Position numbers and translations under genes: made by a program
The notes under the pieces: generated by a model
Seen by the model: only the letters and a program-made list of their open reading frames with translations
What the model was told of the DNA's origin: nothing
The model's database searches: none
Shown: positions 60,020 through 64,000 of the stretch, piece after piece
How the letters are laid out: every line of letters starts with the position of its first letter
Numbering within the stretch: the first letter of the stretch is position 1
Assembly: GCF_009914755.1 (NCBI RefSeq)
Contig: NC_060933.1
DNA length: 64,000 nucleotides
Strand: one strand, 5' to 3'
Source of the DNA: the human T2T-CHM13v2.0 reference genome, Homo sapiens

Positions 60020-60200
60020 TAATAATAATAATGGTTAACACATACTGAGCATCTTCTACATACGAGGCACTGTTCTAAGTGTCATAAATATAGTACCTCA
60101 TTTGCAATAACAACCGGTTGGTGTAGTTTAGTATTATCTTCCTATACATTATTATATAAACACAATTATTTGACTTTTTGTAAGCTTCTGAGAGTGGTAA
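60020..60200 (-). mobile_element. MIR fragment
   Basis: AATAATGGTTAACACATACTGAGCA...AGGCACTGTTCTAAGTG. Confidence 0.7.
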
Positions 60201-61639
60201 TTGATAAAGTTACCATCTATTAGTACTTTTGATAAGAATTTGTTTAAATTAGTATTGAAGCAAGGTATTTCGCCAAGTAAAGAAGGATTTGGGGATGGGG
60301 GGTGTACCTGGCCAAGGCAAGATTGGGAACAGTTGTATTGTGTGCAGAGGATGGAATTGCATCTCTGATATAAAAGGGCTTCCACAGGGAAGATGAGAAA
60401 AGTGGAAAAGAGAGATGGATAACTCACGAAAACAAACATTACTTACCTCATGATTCTAGGACCATTTCAACTGCCCCATCTTGACATTTTCCACAATTAG
60501 AAAACTAAACAGAGCCCTAGTGTGTCAAAGATGTGAATTTCAACAAATCCACAATCAGAATTCCCCTCAAGTTCATAGATCATTCTCACCCCCAGGTACT
60601 ATGATGGTTTTCTCTTATTAGAAAACATGTTGGTTTCTCACCTATTACAGGAACACTGGTTTTTCTACTTGCTGTGTAAGTTATATAAGGAATTGTCAGC
60701 ATTAAAAACTAATTGAAAATTGCACTGTAGAACTCACATCATGTTCAAAATCCAGAACTCACATCATGTTAAAAAACACAGTTCAATTCACTGAGCAAAT
60801 TTAATATGTATTTTGAAGTATAACCAAATCATATCTTGAGGTTTTAAATAATAGAATAAGTGGTTATTACTTGTTTATATGATAATAACACTTTAAATTT
60901 AAATTTTATCTCTTTAAGAAAAAAATATTATTATTCAATGTAATATTTATATTAAAATTCTACTACTTAAATATTGAGGGACTCTTCTAGAGACTTGTGA
61001 ACCGTTGTAAATAATTTAATGCTGGCAAAATTCCCATATTCATGTTGCTTACTATGAGAAGTATTGGATGTTTTGAGGAGTAGAATAGTGTATTATTTTT
61101 GTCACATGGTGCCATGCTGTTCTTTTCCTCAGTAAAACTACATTTCAGAAATTTAGCAACTGATAACTTTTGAGAGACTATTTTCTGTAAATAGATGACA
61201 TCAATTATAAACTTTCCATATTATTTTATATTTTTAATTTTCTCTTAAAAATATGTTTTAGAAAGCAAGTGAAATATTTTTTGAAGTATTCCACAATATG
61301 TAATATAAATAAAACATATATTTGTAATTTTTATAATTTATAAAGTAGTTTGTAAAAAATATCATTCAATAATTCAATATATTCAAAATATTGTTGTAAC
61401 CTGCCAATCCACAGATGGTCATCAAAGGGCTCATGAATGCTTAAATTATATAAAAAATGTTGTGTGAATGTGCTTATAAATATAATTTTTATTGTTGTTA
61501 TCCTTCCTGTGGAAGAATCCCTAAAGTTCATTTACTTAGCAGAGGGCATCTATAACCATACAAAAATTAAGAATCACTGCATATGTATAAAATTATCATT
61601 ATATTCTTTCACAATATGCTAATAAGAGTTGCCACTTGT

Positions 61640-62000
61640 CACTTAATTAGTATCAAGCATTTGTATTAGTGATTTACATATATCTCATTTAGTTGTTATA
61701 ACAATGTCATGAAGTAGGCTCCAGTTTTTTATCCACTTTATAACTGAGTCATAGAGACTTAGTAATACGCCCAAAATCATTGAGCAAGGATTAGAACCTG
61801 GGCCACCTGTTTCCATACTCTGCGCTATAATGCATTATATGAAATGATATTTCATTAAACAGTCATATGGTTATGGGCCTAACACTGATATAATCACTTT
61901 ACATATGTTGTCTCATAGGATCCACACAATTACATTATGAATTAAATACAGTTTATTGTCTACATTTATGAAAGAGAAAACTAGAATTTGGGTAGTTTAA
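61640..62000 (-). mobile_element. Two MIR fragments
   Basis: ACTGAGTCATAGAGACTTAGTAATACGCCCAAAATCA...GGATTAGAACCTGGG, and CACTTTACATATGTTGTCTCAT. Confidence 0.6.
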
Positions 62001-63809
62001 TATATAAATGGGATGATATCTATACCACTTGACTTCAGATATTGCCCAATAAATGGAAATTTCCATTTATTTCTCTCCTTGTAGACATTACATGTGAAGG
62101 AAATAAAAGACTTGAGAAAAGAAAGTTTGCTCTGACTCCAGTGTTTGTGTACCACATAGGAAAGTTTAGGAATGCAATGAAGTTGAGATATAGGAAAAAG
62201 TCCAGCATTACTATTCCTACTCAAAAACAGTTTTCATGAAAAGGAATCAATATGGATAGTCAGAAAAGAAATTTTTAATTCATTTGACACATACTTTATT
62301 TTAGGTATCTAACCAAACATAGTTTTTACATATTGTGAAACCAAAGAGCAGGTCAGTTTCCATTTTGCATACTCTTCTTCTGGACACCTATGCTCATGGG
62401 TTGAAGATTCATTAAAAGCTCTTTTTTTTCCTAGTAATTTTTACATGAATTTATTAATTTCCTTTTATTTTTATAGAAATCGTTCAGTTTGGTAGCATCC
62501 ACTTACAGCCAACTTTCCTTTAGAGTATCTTGGGATTCCTTAGCAGTTTAGATGTTTGCCAAACACAGAAATCCTGGAGAAAATCCACAGATGTTAGCCT
62601 TGTTGGTGCTTCTTGTTTGCTTTCCTCTGCCTTCCATCTCTTTACATTAACTAAATCCTGACAGCCTCAAAAAGACACATCCACTTACTGGACTGTAAGA
62701 TCTACCTGCTTTAGGCTTTCAGGTGCTATTTCTGATGAGACTCCACACCCATTTCCCTGCTGTCTGTATCAGGAGTTCACATCTTGCATTTACCCCAACT
62801 CTTTAATCCTCCTATCTCCTTCCAACTCTTTATATTCTCCCCTCCTCCCAATATACCTTTCGACTTGGCTCATATTTGTCCTCTTCAATCTGTCACTCTT
62901 TTAACTATCTGATTTTATAATCTATGCTGGCAATCTATCTAAACACAGATGGAAATCTCATTGAATTTGATATTTAATACATATCAACCACCTACCAGGA
63001 TCTCACTGAAACCTGGGAATGAACCATGAAAAACATTCTACACTATGGCACTAAGCAGACCATGATATGTTATTTCCTAGCTGAGCAGCTTCATTCAGTT
63101 ACTTAATGTGCTGAAGTCTTTTATCACACCAGTTAACAGAAATAATACACGTATCTCACAGAGTTATTGAGAAATATTACGTGAAATTTTGTCAACTATG
63201 GCTTGCTAGGCATATTATAAAATAAAAGTAACTAAAATAAGACTATTATTGGCTCAATGATGATAATATAGTGTCATAAAGCAAGGATTATGAATAATCC
63301 AAGTCTGAGAAACAGTACATCCATTTAAAATAATTTATGAATTGCAATGCTATGGTAAATGTTAATTCTTAGTTCTTTATTTTCAAAAAACTTTGTTGAG
63401 TATCTTCTATGTGCTTGACTTTTCATTTAGAAGTATATCAGATTCAAAGTTGTGTAAAAAATGATTCCTGTTAGCATTTTGGCATAGATCCTTGCAGTAT
63501 TTATAAATATCTATACCTAGACGTCTGTAAATTCTACTTTTGTGAAGATAAAATCAAATTATACTTTTTAAAAAATTTAAATAAATATCATAAAAAGTCT
63601 AGTCCATTTTCCACTTCCCTCCCACTTCAGCACTGGGACTCTTTTATTAATGACACAATGCGCTAAAGGAAGTTAATAAATGGACTAAGATGAAGATATT
63701 TCTAACCTAGTAGAGAAAATATACATTATTATCTACTACTATAACCAAAATAAAATCTTACCTTGTTTTTCTCTATCCTCTAATTTTGATGCAATATTTA
63801 AATTGTACT

Positions 63810-63975
63810 TATTTATTTACCATCAAACTTATCTATTTCCCACCTATCCCACTGAAATGAAAGTACCATGAGAACAGGATGTTGTCTATCTTGTTCATGG
63901 CTATATCCCAGCATATACACAGTAGTTGGCGTTAGAAGCTACTCCAGCATATGTATTGTATAATAATGAATTTGT
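63810..63975 (+). mobile_element. L2 3' fragment
   Basis: CACTGAAATGAAAGTACCATGAGAACAGGATGTTGTCTATCTTGTTCA..GCTATATCCCAGCA. Confidence 0.7.
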
Positions 63976-64000
63976 ATGATTATATGAACATTCTTGTTCT

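Noticed and set aside
60436-60515. Strong minus-strand donor GAG|GTAAGT at ~60447
   Set aside because: No convincing acceptor at exon distance, and stops in all frames.

Overview
AT-rich, repeat-dense mammalian genomic DNA, almost certainly human or another ape, because it carries a full-length L1PA3-type LINE-1 plus AluS/AluJ, MER41, MLT2A and MSTA elements. It reads as an intergenic or deep-intronic region. I recognise no host protein-coding gene, tRNA, rRNA or CRISPR array. Nearly all ORFs in the supplied track are decayed L1 ORF1/ORF2, Alu or simple-repeat frames. Main structures: (1) a TSD-flanked, ORF-dead, 6153-bp L1PA3 at 14040-20192 that keeps the ~129-bp ZNF93-target segment; its ORF0 is killed at codon 9, but a copy-specific ATG opens a 149-codon antisense frame running into flanking DNA; (2) two 5'-inverted (twin-primed) L1s; (3) a 5'-intact but 3'-truncated L1; (4) an L1PA8 with a probable 20-nt 3' transduction and a templated, Pol-theta-like repair scar; (5) nested solo LTRs. 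The most speculative signals are two chains of well-formed splice sites that could be TE-driven spliced RNAs: one on the minus strand downstream of the L1 antisense promoter (10178-10061, 3045-2965, 84 onward), and one on the plus strand starting at an MLT2A LTR donor (45863). Subfamily calls come from recalled consensus sequences, not from a RepeatMasker run.
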